Positions 1 through 9,257 are shown, numbered from the stretch's first letter. The stretch is 14,933 bases of DNA from a virus (IMGVR_UViG_3300048930_000918); one strand, 5' to 3'. Numbers and translations: made by a program. Notes: generated by a model from the sequence alone, not told the origin.

Positions 1-9
1 AACTTAACA

Positions 10-2139
10 ATGAAAAAATACTGTATCAGTTTTTTCAACAACTGCACTGATGTTATAGCAAAACAAGAGGAGTTAAGTTTTGAAGAGATTTTAAGCTACT
101 TTAATAAAGTATTTACAAAACCTTTCACTGGCAAAAAGAATTTAGGAGCTATGGTCTGTGGCTCTTTTAAGGATAATAGGAGATCGGGCGAGAACTTAAC
201 ATCACGTAGTATTTTAACCTTTGATCTTGACGGGTATGAAGAGGATTTTAATAGTTTAAAGAATGAGATTGAAAACAGTCTTGGTAATTATACTTACATT
301 TACTACACCACTAGCAGCAGTACTTTAATTAAGCCAAGAGCTCGGATATTACTTTTTATAGATAAGGATGTTGATAGAGCTAGCTATGGTAAACTAGGAA
401 GAACAATAGCTGCCAAGTTGTTCTCAATTAAACTTTTAAGAGCTATTAGCGATGAGTCCAGTTTTACCCCCTCTCAACTCATGTACTTACCAAATAAGGT
501 AAATGATGAATTTAGAAGGGGTAAAAATGTAAAAGAGCTTATAAAGGTTGATGATTATATTACCGTTATAGAGGAAGTTAAGAAAGAAGATGATGAGGCA
601 AAGGAGCTTATTGTTTGGAGTAATAATTTACCTCTTAATTTAACAAAAGAAAGGGTAATAGAAACACTTGGTAACTACGATTGCAGTGAGACGAGTTACC
701 ATGAATGGTTTAAGGTATGTCAGGCTCTCCATCATCAGTTTGAAGGATCAGAAGAAGGACTTGAGATTTTTACTAATTGGAGTTTGACAGATAATAGATT
801 TACAAGGGAAAATATAATAGCTGATTGCAGGAGTAAATATAAAAGCTTAACAAGAACCATAGATAACCCCGTTACTTTTGCCTCTGTTATAAAACTGGTT
901 AACTTAAAAAAAAACCTTCCGAGTAAGATTGTAAAAAACTCTAAGTTGTTACTGGAAGTACCGATAGAGGATTTTATAGATTATAAGTCAAAGTTCACAG
1001 CTAAAGGGGGAGAAATAAGAGTTATAAAGAATACCTATGAAAATTTTGAAATTTTATGTAAAAATTATAATATCAAGATTTCATATGACATTATAACCAA
1101 ACGGAATATCTCGACCATGTTTGAGTTTGAGGATGATAATTTACTTACGACTGAAATAGAATCTTTAATGATCAGGAATAATCTTGATTCAGGTAGAGCT
1201 GCTAAATATGTTCACATGATTGCTCAGAAGAATAAGATAAACAGTTTTAATAATGTACTGGACGCTGTTATTTGGGATGGAAAATCAAGGTTTGATGATT
1301 TTGCTGAGACAGTAATTGTTAATCCAATTTATGATTCAATAAAAAAATTATACTTAAAGAAATGGATGCAGCAGTTGATATATTTATCCCATGCTGACAA
1401 AGAGGATCGTAAGATAGGTAGGTATATTCTGGTATTCCAAGGTGAACAGGAAATGGGGAAATCCACATGGGTCAGGTCTTTATTACCTGTCAGACTTAAG
1501 AATTATATTAGTGAAGGTCTTAGCTTAAACGTTAACGATAGTATGTCGGTTTTAAGCTGTATCAGACATCTAATTGTTGAGCTAGGAGAGCTTGAGAGAT
1601 CGTTTAAAAAAACTGATATTAATGACTTTAAAGCATTTTTTGGCAGAACCAAGGATGAACTTAATATTAAGTACCTACCTTTTCCTGTTAGTTATCCAAG
1701 AACAACCAGTTTTATTGGATCAATTAACGATGAAGAGTTTTTAAAAGACAGGACAGGTTCAACAAGATTTTTAATCATACCGACTAAAAGGCTTAATGGT
1801 TACCATGACATAGACATGTTGCAACTGTTTAAGGAAATAAGAGAAAGTACTGATTATATTAACTTTGAATTAACAAATGAAGAGAAGTTATTGCAGAAAG
1901 AACACAATAAGGCATTTGAAATTCCTGATATTCTGGAAGAAGGGTTTTTAGATCACTATGACTTAGAGGCAGATAAAGAAGTTTGTGATTATTATTCTGC
2001 AATGCAGGTACTAGAACAATTAGGGTATAGAAAGCAGGATGTAAATAATGCACGCAGGATGGATATTGGAAGAATAATGAAGAAGTATAATTGTTACAAA
2101 AACAGCCATACTAAGAAATGGTTATTAAAAATTAAATAA
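10..2139 (+). CDS. Phage primase-helicase (N-terminal AEP-like domain, PriCT-2, C-terminal VapE/SF3-type P-loop helicase)
   Basis: TFDLDG acidic motif, KPRARI and PSQLMYLP in the N-terminus; YHEWFKVCQALHHQF...GLEIFTNWS is typical of PriCT-2; Walker A GEQEMGKST, Walker B-like VELGELE and FLKDRTGSTRF are typical of VapE. Confidence 0.88.
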   Translation: MKKYCISFFNNCTDVIAKQEELSFEEILSYFNKVFTKPFTGKKNLGAMVCGSFKDNRRSGENLTSRSILTFDLDGYEEDFNSLKNEIENSLGNYTYIYYTTSSSTLIKPRARILLFIDKDVDRASYGKLGRTIAAKLFSIKLLRAISDESSFTPSQLMYLPNKVNDEFRRGKNVKELIKVDDYITVIEEVKKEDDEAKELIVWSNNLPLNLTKERVIETLGNYDCSETSYHEWFKVCQALHHQFEGSEEGLEIFTNWSLTDNRFTRENIIADCRSKYKSLTRTIDNPVTFASVIKLVNLKKNLPSKIVKNSKLLLEVPIEDFIDYKSKFTAKGGEIRVIKNTYENFEILCKNYNIKISYDIITKRNISTMFEFEDDNLLTTEIESLMIRNNLDSGRAAKYVHMIAQKNKINSFNNVLDAVIWDGKSRFDDFAETVIVNPIYDSIKKLYLKKWMQQLIYLSHADKEDRKIGRYILVFQGEQEMGKSTWVRSLLPVRLKNYISEGLSLNVNDSMSVLSCIRHLIVELGELERSFKKTDINDFKAFFGRTKDELNIKYLPFPVSYPRTTSFIGSINDEEFLKDRTGSTRFLIIPTKRLNGYHDIDMLQLFKEIRESTDYINFELTNEEKLLQKEHNKAFEIPDILEEGFLDHYDLEADKEVCDYYSAMQVLEQLGYRKQDVNNARRMDIGRIMKKYNCYKNSHTKKWLLKIK

Positions 2140-2149
2140 GAGAAACAGA

Positions 2150-2464
2150 ATGTTTTTACCTAATAAACCAGAAATAGAAACTGAAATAGTTAACAGATAT
2201 TTAAGTAATGAAATAAATTTATTAGAAAAGGAAGTAGCGCTTAATATTGTTCTATCTTTTACAAAAAGTGAGACTGACTTGAACGAAAGAGAAATAATGC
2301 TATTCCAACAATTAGCGTTAGTATCTGCTGAAACACTTGTTGATTTTATGATCGATTATGGTCGCTCCAATTTTAATAGTGATAAATTGAAATCAGACGA
2401 ATTAATCTTGCTAACTAAAGCAGCTTTAATACAAAGAGAAAGATTAGAAGAGGAACAGAAATAA
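2150..2464 (+). CDS. Hypothetical phage protein (104 aa, acidic, probably helical)
   Basis: Fills the gap between flanking genes; its stop overlaps the next ATG (TAATG at 2462-2466); no recognisable motif. Confidence 0.7.
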   Translation: MFLPNKPEIETEIVNRYLSNEINLLEKEVALNIVLSFTKSETDLNEREIMLFQQLALVSAETLVDFMIDYGRSNFNSDKLKSDELILLTKAALIQRERLEEEQK

Positions 2465-3597
2465 TGAGTAAAACACATTCACCTATTAGCCCTTCCAACT
2501 TTGAGCGAAGAATGCTCTGCCCCGGTAGCCTTAATGCAGAAAAAGGATTACCTTATACAACGTCTGTTTATGCAGAAACGGGTACAATGCTCCATGAGAG
2601 AGTTAATGAATATATAACAGGTGCTACTTGGATTCATGACTTGAATGAACAGCAAAGAACTGTTGTAACTGATGCGGGTAATTATTATCTTGAACTTAAA
2701 AATTCAAATCTTCAGGTTGTAAAGGAAATTCATGAGCAGACATTTTCTCTTGATTTCCTAATGCCCGGGATGCAAGGGACAGCTGATAGTGTTCTTATTT
2801 TATACGATAAAGAAGCTAATAGATGTCAGATTCATGTAATAGATTATAAGTTCGGTCAAGGAGTCGCTGTAAAAGCTCAGGATAATTACCAACTGATGTT
2901 ATATGCTCTTGGTGTTTATATGAATCCGGAAGTTAATAACGTAATTAAATATTATTGTAATCTAGGGAGTAATCAACAGCCGTTCAGATTTACAACAGCA
3001 CATCTGCATATTGTCCAACCTTATCTTGAGAATAGCAGATGGGACTTAAGAGATGAGCAACTTACCTCTTTAATAACAGGCTCTAGAATGCAGCTTATTA
3101 AGACGGCAATTGCTAATGCTCAGGAAGAGAATGCTGTTCGTATTCCATCAACTAAGGCCTGTCAATTTTGCAGAGCCAAACCTACATGTTACGCTTTAAA
3201 TAGTTTGGTTCCAACTGTTAATAATAAAGATAGTAAGGAGTTAGTAGCAGCTAAAGTAAGGTTACTTAGCGATGAAGAATTAGGTAAAATTTATGATAAC
3301 AAAGACCTTATAAAAACTTATCTTATATCGGTTGAAGAGTATATAAAGGAAAAGTTAGAAAGAGGTGAATTTCTTAATTATAAATTAATGCCTAAAATGT
3401 CCAATCGTAAATGGATAGATGAGGCAGAATTTATACTAAGGGACAAGCTCGGCGAAGACGCTTATGAGAAAAAGCTTATAGGTATCGGTAGAGCTGAAAA
3501 ATTGATTGGCAAAGATGAAGTTAATCGTCTTACCAAGAAAGAACTAGGGGAAAATCAGATAGTTAAAGTTGATTATTCAATAGAAAAATATTTATAA
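2464..3597 (+). CDS. DUF2800-like phage PD-(D/E)XK exonuclease (Cas4-like)
   Basis: N-terminal HSPISPSNFERRMLCPGS, AETGTMLHE, GTADSV...VIDYKFGQG nuclease core, and a CQFCRAKPTC cysteine cluster that pairs with the N-terminal Cys. Confidence 0.88.
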   Translation: MSKTHSPISPSNFERRMLCPGSLNAEKGLPYTTSVYAETGTMLHERVNEYITGATWIHDLNEQQRTVVTDAGNYYLELKNSNLQVVKEIHEQTFSLDFLMPGMQGTADSVLILYDKEANRCQIHVIDYKFGQGVAVKAQDNYQLMLYALGVYMNPEVNNVIKYYCNLGSNQQPFRFTTAHLHIVQPYLENSRWDLRDEQLTSLITGSRMQLIKTAIANAQEENAVRIPSTKACQFCRAKPTCYALNSLVPTVNNKDSKELVAAKVRLLSDEELGKIYDNKDLIKTYLISVEEYIKEKLERGEFLNYKLMPKMSNRKWIDEAEFILRDKLGEDAYEKKLIGIGRAEKLIGKDEVNRLTKKELGENQIVKVDYSIEKYL

Positions 3598-3618
3598 ATT
3601 AAAAAAGGTAAAATTATT

Positions 3619-4215
3619 ATGAACTCAGAAAAAATATTATTATCAAACGTTAGATTAAGTTTTCCATATTTATTTGAAAAAAAACCACTTGATAATCTTT
3701 ACGTAAAAACTGAAGAAAAAAGAAGATACATGTCTACTTTTCTATTATCTAAAGATGATGTCAAGCATCAGGAGTTAGTTAAGGATATTAATGAGAAAGT
3801 TAATAAAATGATCAAGGATATCAAGATTAAAGGTAATGGTATCAATATAGTCAAGGACGGAGATGAGGAATATGGCCTTATTGATGATTCGACTGATGAG
3901 GGTAAAAAAAGAAAAGAAAAATCAGAATATATAAGAGGACATTATATTATAAGCGCATCAAATAAATTAGCTCCTAAATTAAGTCTGGTAAAAGGTGAAC
4001 TTCTTAACCCGTTAGTAGATGCTAACCCTTTCTATCCGGGTTGTTATGTTCATGCTCTTATTGAGATTGCACCTTATAAATTCAATAACGTATGGAAAGG
4101 TATTTGCAACAGACTCCATCACGTATTGTTCCATAAGCAGGGCGAAATGTTTGGTATGACTACTATTGATGCTACAAGTGAATTTGATAAAATTGAGGAA
4201 GAAGAAATATTTTAA
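3619..4215 (+). CDS. DUF2815-like single-stranded DNA-binding protein
   Basis: NVRLSFPYLFE start, FYPGCYVHALI motif, acidic C-terminal tail ending in Phe (EEEEIF); usual position after DUF2800; AAGGT SD upstream. Confidence 0.87.
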   Translation: MNSEKILLSNVRLSFPYLFEKKPLDNLYVKTEEKRRYMSTFLLSKDDVKHQELVKDINEKVNKMIKDIKIKGNGINIVKDGDEEYGLIDDSTDEGKKRKEKSEYIRGHYIISASNKLAPKLSLVKGELLNPLVDANPFYPGCYVHALIEIAPYKFNNVWKGICNRLHHVLFHKQGEMFGMTTIDATSEFDKIEEEEIF

Positions 4216-4230
4216 TTAAAGAGGTAACAA

Positions 4231-4566
4231 ATGAAAAGTTATTTAGAACGACATATAGAACTGAATTTACAATATGCTAACGAACAAGAAAAATTATATT
4301 TTGAAGAGTTAGAAAGCCTAAATAAATCTGATTTTATTGCTAATTTTATAAGTATTGCAAGTAAAATAGACTTAGGTAAAAAAGAAAAATTAATAAAAGT
4401 TATTTTAATATTGGGAGAAAAAATAAAGAGAAATATTATAACAGAGAAAGATTTAAAGTTACTATTCGATTCAATAATATGTAAAGGAGAATATTTTGGT
4501 GTTCACTTAGTAAGACTATTATTTAAAGAAATAGTAGAATTTATAGAAACAAAACAAGATATTTGA
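4231..4566 (+). CDS. Hypothetical protein (111 aa), probable diverged paralog of 4649..4960
   Basis: GAGGT SD upstream; manual alignment to the next ORF (see findings). Confidence 0.7.
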   Translation: MKSYLERHIELNLQYANEQEKLYFEELESLNKSDFIANFISIASKIDLGKKEKLIKVILILGEKIKRNIITEKDLKLLFDSIICKGEYFGVHLVRLLFKEIVEFIETKQDI

Positions 4567-4604
4567 TAGTACGATTCTTATGTACAGTTAAAACTAAGTG
4601 AGGT

Positions 4605-4621
4605 CGTGACATTTTGTCACG
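4605..4621. repeat. Palindrome CGTGACA-TTT-TGTCACG
   Basis: Perfect 7-bp inverted repeat with a 3-nt spacer in the 4567-4648 intergenic gap; function unknown. Confidence 0.8.
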
Positions 4622-4648
4622 GGTTGAATTTTAATAAAGGATAAAAAT

Positions 4649-4960
4649 ATGGTAGATGTTTTAGAAAAATTAGAAATGTTAGACATACAGCATATAAGAG
4701 ATAGAGATGAATTATTACTTACCGAATTAAGGTATTTAGCAATTGAAAAAATTTACTCATCAGATTCTTTCATAAATATTATTAAACATATGGATTTAGA
4801 TAATGAAAAGACAGTAAGAGAAATACTTAAAGTATTATTTGATGGGACAGTGCATAAACACTTTAATATAAGCGAAAGTGAATTAATAAAAATTTTAAAT
4901 TACGAAGATATTGGAGTAAGATTTCTAATACGCACTATAGAAGAGATAGCGATATTATAA
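4649..4960 (+). CDS. Hypothetical protein (103 aa)
   Basis: AAGGA SD upstream; flanked by two palindromes; weak similarity to the preceding ORF. Confidence 0.72.
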   Translation: MVDVLEKLEMLDIQHIRDRDELLLTELRYLAIEKIYSSDSFINIIKHMDLDNEKTVREILKVLFDGTVHKHFNISESELIKILNYEDIGVRFLIRTIEEIAIL

Positions 4961-4989
4961 TCAGTTAACTACAAAATGTAGTTAACTGA
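4961..4989. repeat. Palindrome TCAGTTAACTACA-AAA-TGTAGTTAACTGA (possible operator or terminator-like hairpin)
   Basis: Perfect 13-bp inverted repeat with a 3-nt loop, starting right after the stop of 4649..4960 and ending 18 nt before the polymerase ATG; no convincing U-tract on the + strand. Confidence 0.85.
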
Positions 4990-5007
4990 AAATAACAGGA
5001 TAAATAT

Positions 5008-6759
5008 ATGAAAAAAACATACTTTCTAGATACTGAGTGTTACCCTAATTATTTCTTGATTTTATTTAAGGATGAAAAGGGTAACGAGATATCATTCGAG
5101 CTTACAAAAGATTCCCCTAACCTTGATGTTGCATCAATAAAGTCAATACTTGCAAATAATACAACAGTGGGCTTTAATTCCCGTTTTTACGACTTACCAA
5201 TGATTATGTTTGCCTTTGGTGATCGTAATAACGCAATGCTTAAACATTTATCGGATAAATTAATAAGTGATGATAATTTTGACACAATATCCGATTTATC
5301 ATTATGGCCTCCATATGAGTATGACCACATAGACATAATTAACGTAGCTATTGGTAAGGCGAGTCTTAAGATGTACGGCGCAAGGATTAATACGCCTTTT
5401 CTGCAGGACTTACCTTATGACCCAAGTAACAGGTTATCAAAAGAACAGATGTTAGTGCTTAAAAAGTACTGCTCTAATGACATTGATATAACCATGAGTC
5501 TTTATAATTACTTAAAGAACGATATCGAGATTAGGAAATCGATTAATGTTGAGTACGGAGTTGATGTCAGGAGTAGGTCAGATGCTCAGATAGCAGAAGT
5601 ATTAATAAGGGACTTTGTTAGACATAATATTGAGAATAAGGTTAAAGAATACGATTTTAAGTATAAAGCTCCATCTTATATAAACTTTATCACTGATCCC
5701 CTTATAAAATTATTTGAAGATATAAAAGAGATAAGATTTAAAGTAACTAGTGAAGATAAGTTAATAAAGGATAATGTTCTTAGCTCGGTAACTATTAATG
5801 AGCGGACATATTCTCTTGGTATTGGTGGTATTCACTCAACAGAGAGTAATAGGAAAATAATAGCTAACGATGATGAATACTTGATAGATGTTGACGTGAC
5901 TAGTTATTATCCATCTATTATTCTTAATAATGGATATGCACCTGAGTCTTTTAAGCAATCTGATTTTATAGAATTTTATAAGGATATATATGATCAGAGA
6001 TTGGAAGCTAAAAAGAAAGGTGATAAAACCAAGGCTAATGTGTTCAAGATTATTTTAAATGGTAGTTTCGGTAAGTTTGGTAACAAGTACAGTTTGCTCT
6101 ACTCCCCTAAATTACTTATTCATACCACAATTACCGGTCAGCTATCAATACTTATGCTTATTGAAGACTTGGAAGAACAAGGGTTTAATGTTGTTAGTAG
6201 CAATACTGACGGAATAACAGTACATTTCAAGAAATCTGATTATGATAAATTCAAAACCATAGTAAGTAATTGGGAGCAGAAAACCAATTTTAAGACAGAA
6301 GAAACAAGGTATAAGGCTTTATATAATCAGTCTGTTAATTCATATATTGCTGTTAAAACCGACAATAGTTTGAAGTGTAAAGGTATTTTTGCCTCAGATG
6401 ATATCTCACGTAACCCTGCAATTAAAATATGCAAGGAAGCTATTTTTGCATATCTAATTAATGTGGTTCCTATTGAGTATACAATAAAAAAAGCTGAACT
6501 GAATCCTATTAACTTTTTAATGGTTAGACGTGTTACAACAGGTGGTTATTTTAAAGGTGATTATCTTGGTAAAGTTGTTCGATGGTACTGGTCAACAAAG
6601 GGTGAACATATTACCAATAAAAAAGGTGATAAAGTAGCTAATACCGATGATGCTTATCCAATAATGGACTTAAGAGATAAAATAGAGGATTTGCATTATG
6701 ATAAATATATAGCTAAAACATATGCATTATTAGAAACGATAGGAGTAAATAATGGGTAG
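5008..6759 (+). CDS. Family B DNA polymerase with 3'-5' exonuclease domain
   Basis: Exo I FLDTECY, Exo II GFNSRFYDLP, Exo III YCSNDID; polymerase motifs DVTSYYPS, KIILNGSFGKFG and SNTDG; CAGGA SD upstream. Confidence 0.9.
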   Translation: MKKTYFLDTECYPNYFLILFKDEKGNEISFELTKDSPNLDVASIKSILANNTTVGFNSRFYDLPMIMFAFGDRNNAMLKHLSDKLISDDNFDTISDLSLWPPYEYDHIDIINVAIGKASLKMYGARINTPFLQDLPYDPSNRLSKEQMLVLKKYCSNDIDITMSLYNYLKNDIEIRKSINVEYGVDVRSRSDAQIAEVLIRDFVRHNIENKVKEYDFKYKAPSYINFITDPLIKLFEDIKEIRFKVTSEDKLIKDNVLSSVTINERTYSLGIGGIHSTESNRKIIANDDEYLIDVDVTSYYPSIILNNGYAPESFKQSDFIEFYKDIYDQRLEAKKKGDKTKANVFKIILNGSFGKFGNKYSLLYSPKLLIHTTITGQLSILMLIEDLEEQGFNVVSSNTDGITVHFKKSDYDKFKTIVSNWEQKTNFKTEETRYKALYNQSVNSYIAVKTDNSLKCKGIFASDDISRNPAIKICKEAIFAYLINVVPIEYTIKKAELNPINFLMVRRVTTGGYFKGDYLGKVVRWYWSTKGEHITNKKGDKVANTDDAYPIMDLRDKIEDLHYDKYIAKTYALLETIGVNNG

Positions 6760-6985
6760 AATAAGAGATTATAATAATTACATTGACCTAAATATCGATC
6801 AAATAGAGCAGTTAAAAGTTCTACGTAAAATGGCTAATATCAGTGTTAGCGAGATAAGTAGGTTTATGGGTTGTTCTGATCATAAAATAGGATCACTTGA
6901 AAGAGGAAAAGGTAAAGTAGATAAAGAATTTTTAGACAGATTATTAAAAAGATATAATTTAATTTTAAAGTATAAGGACAAATAA
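6752..6985 (+). CDS. XRE/Cro-CI family helix-turn-helix regulator
   Basis: LKVLRKMANISVSEISRFMGCSDHKIGSLERG matches the XRE HTH pattern; AGGAG SD; overlaps the polymerase stop. Confidence 0.85.
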   Translation: MGRIRDYNNYIDLNIDQIEQLKVLRKMANISVSEISRFMGCSDHKIGSLERGKGKVDKEFLDRLLKRYNLILKYKDK

Positions 6986-6986
6986 G

Positions 6987-7595
6987 ATGATAGAAAACAA
7001 TTTTATAGAACTAGGTATTGTATACTTAATGGCGGCTATAATGCCGGGACCCTCAATAGGTTTGATCCTGCGTAATAACGCAATAAGCAAAAAGGCCGGA
7101 TTTATGGCAGCACTTGCTACTGTCATAGGTACGTCAATTCAAGTAGCGATAATATTAGCTGTTATACTAAGTAATAAGGAGCTTAAGGTTATTAATTATG
7201 ACTATATCAAGTTCGCCTGCTCATTATATCTGTTTTATATCGGATTTATAACAATGATTAGTACTGATAATGGTGGTTATAAAAGTGGTTGTTATTCCAA
7301 AAAATATTTCTTGGAAGCATTTTTTGTTGAATTTACCAACCCACTTGCATTTAGTTTCTTTATAAGCATAATGACGTCTTTTATTAATATAGAAGCACCT
7401 TTAAGTATTATCATAAGCTACTGGGTTGAGATAACATTATTAGCCTCTTTATGGTTTCTAAGTGCTAGTTCTATATTATCCTCACGTATTATCAACCGAT
7501 ATATTAATCGTTATAGATTGATTATTAATATAATAACAGGTGGAATATTTATTGTTTTAGCAGTTAAAAATATAACAAATCTTATAATAGTATGA
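6987..7595 (+). CDS. LysE/RhtB family translocator (amino-acid exporter-like membrane protein)
   Basis: AAIMPGPS near the N-terminus, EFTNP motif, about six hydrophobic segments, ~200 aa. Confidence 0.85.
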   Translation: MIENNFIELGIVYLMAAIMPGPSIGLILRNNAISKKAGFMAALATVIGTSIQVAIILAVILSNKELKVINYDYIKFACSLYLFYIGFITMISTDNGGYKSGCYSKKYFLEAFFVEFTNPLAFSFFISIMTSFINIEAPLSIIISYWVEITLLASLWFLSASSILSSRIINRYINRYRLIINIITGGIFIVLAVKNITNLIIV

Positions 7596-7933
7596 AGAAA
7601 CCATTAACGGAAAGACATATTGAAAAAGCTGTCAAAGAGGCAGCTTTAAAATTAGGTTACATTACTTATAAATTCACATCAGCATCAAATAGAGGAGTGC
7701 CGGATAGATTATTTATAAACCCTAACGGGTATATGTTCTTTATAGAATTTAAAACTAGAGATGGTAAAGTAACAGCTTTGCAATCCAAAGTTTTTGAAGA
7801 CCTTGGTAAATACAAAGTAGACGTGTTTATTATGAATGATATTGAACAGGCTACCAAGTTATTGAAAATACTATTATCGATAAAAATATATGTGGAAAAT
7901 GACCTTAATTTACCAAACGTAATGATAAGGTAA
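7592..7933 (+). CDS. VRR-NUC domain nuclease
   Basis: TERHIE...KFTS...RGVPDRLF...FIEFK...LQ pattern; ATGA overlap with the LysE gene. Confidence 0.9.
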   Translation: MKKPLTERHIEKAVKEAALKLGYITYKFTSASNRGVPDRLFINPNGYMFFIEFKTRDGKVTALQSKVFEDLGKYKVDVFIMNDIEQATKLLKILLSIKIYVENDLNLPNVMIR

Positions 7934-7937
7934 ATAA

Positions 7938-9257
7938 ATGCTCAGTGAACTTGATTTAAGAGATTACCAGCATAGAGCTATTAATTACATTCTTAATAAA
8001 AAAAGATGCGGTCTTGCTATAGATATGGGTCTTGGTAAAACTATCATAGCTCTTACTTCTTTTCTGCGTCTACATAATTACAAAGTTAAGAAACTGCTAA
8101 TAATAGCCCCTCTTAACGTTGCAAAGAATGTATGGAGTAATGAAATAGGTAAATGGGAACACACTAAACATTTAACATACTCAATCTGTTGTGGAAGTGA
8201 AAAAGAACGACTGGATAATTTAAAGAAAGAGTGTGATATTTATATCATAAATCAGGAAAACATTGAATGGATGCGGGATCATGGTTTTGATAAATACGGT
8301 ATGATTATTGTTGATGAGAGCCATAAATTCAAGAACCATGGATCAAGTCGTTTTAAAGCTTTAAAAAAATTCACCTATAAATATATAGTTCTTCTTAGCG
8401 GTACACCAATGCCTCAAGGATATGCAGATATGTGGTCGCAGCAGTTTCTTATAGATAGAGGTGAAGCCCTTGGTCATAACATAACAACGTATAGGTTAAT
8501 GTACTTTAGACCTAATATTAATGGCTACGGTTATGAGTGTGTTTACCCTGAATTAATATCAAAGCGCATTAGTACTAGATGGCTCTATATGCGAGCTGAG
8601 GATTATATTTCTCTTCCCGATAGGATTAATAACACAATAAGTGTTCAGATAGATAATTATGAGATGTATAAATCTTTTGAGAAAGAATTTTATATAAGAA
8701 TAAGAAATGAGGAACTAACGGCAGTAAATGCAGGGGTGCTCTGTAACAAGCTTTTGCAATACTGCAACGGAGCTGTTTATAACGATGCCGGTGATTGGGT
8801 GGAAATCCACAATAATAAACTAGATATGCTAGAAGAGCTTATCGATCAATATGAAGATGAGAATATCCTGCTCGCATTTAACTTTAAGTCAGACGAAGAA
8901 CGAATAAAGAGCAGATTTAAAGACGCACTTACTCTTACTAGTAAAAACATAAATGATATAGAAAAAAGGTGGAATAACGGCGAGATAAAGCTATTATTAT
9001 GCCAATGCAACAGCGCAGAAGGGTTAAATCTACAACAAGGAGGTAGAATAATTATCTGGTTTGGTTTAACATGGCGCATGGATAGTTATAAACAGTTTAA
9101 TGCCCGTCTTCATCGTCAAGGGCAAACTAAACCTGTTATTGTTCATCATCTGGTTAGTAAAAAATGTAAGGATGAAAAGGTAATGGAAGTTTTAACAGCT
9201 AAAGATAGTACGCAGGAAAATCTATTTGAGGTATTAAAGAATGAAGTTTTTGCTTAG
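7938..9257 (+). CDS. SNF2-related (DEAD/DEAH-box superfamily 2) phage helicase
   Basis: LRDYQ, DMGLGKT, IVDESH, LLSGTP, EGLNLQ and QFNARLHRQGQ motifs. Confidence 0.92.
   Translation: MLSELDLRDYQHRAINYILNKKRCGLAIDMGLGKTIIALTSFLRLHNYKVKKLLIIAPLNVAKNVWSNEIGKWEHTKHLTYSICCGSEKERLDNLKKECDIYIINQENIEWMRDHGFDKYGMIIVDESHKFKNHGSSRFKALKKFTYKYIVLLSGTPMPQGYADMWSQQFLIDRGEALGHNITTYRLMYFRPNINGYGYECVYPELISKRISTRWLYMRAEDYISLPDRINNTISVQIDNYEMYKSFEKEFYIRIRNEELTAVNAGVLCNKLLQYCNGAVYNDAGDWVEIHNNKLDMLEELIDQYEDENILLAFNFKSDEERIKSRFKDALTLTSKNINDIEKRWNNGEIKLLLCQCNSAEGLNLQQGGRIIIWFGLTWRMDSYKQFNARLHRQGQTKPVIVHHLVSKKCKDEKVMEVLTAKDSTQENLFEVLKNEVFA

Noticed and set aside
1859..2053. Short minus-strand ORF, and likewise 7666..7857, 8846..9079, 9840..10079, 12870..13076 and 13936..14166
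   Set aside because: Each lies antisense to well-supported plus-strand genes and has no motif or convincing RBS.
2464..3597. Cas4-like nuclease as evidence of a CRISPR-Cas system
   Set aside because: No cas1/cas2 or repeat-spacer array; the DUF2800-DUF2815-polymerase context is a standard phage replication/recombination module.
4563..4653. Sigma70-like promoter boxes (TTGATA, TTGAAT) in the intergenic gap
   Set aside because: No -10 box at proper spacing; such hexamers are expected by chance in AT-rich DNA.
4961..4989. Hairpin as a definite rho-independent terminator
   Set aside because: AT-rich stem followed by A-rich rather than U-rich sequence on the + strand; kept only as a palindrome of unknown role.
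5008..6759. Protein-primed or pipolin-type PolB, or an intein/intron in the polymerase
   Set aside because: A primase-helicase is encoded nearby, the ORF is compact and continuous, and no terminal-protein gene, splicing motif or homing endonuclease is recognisable.
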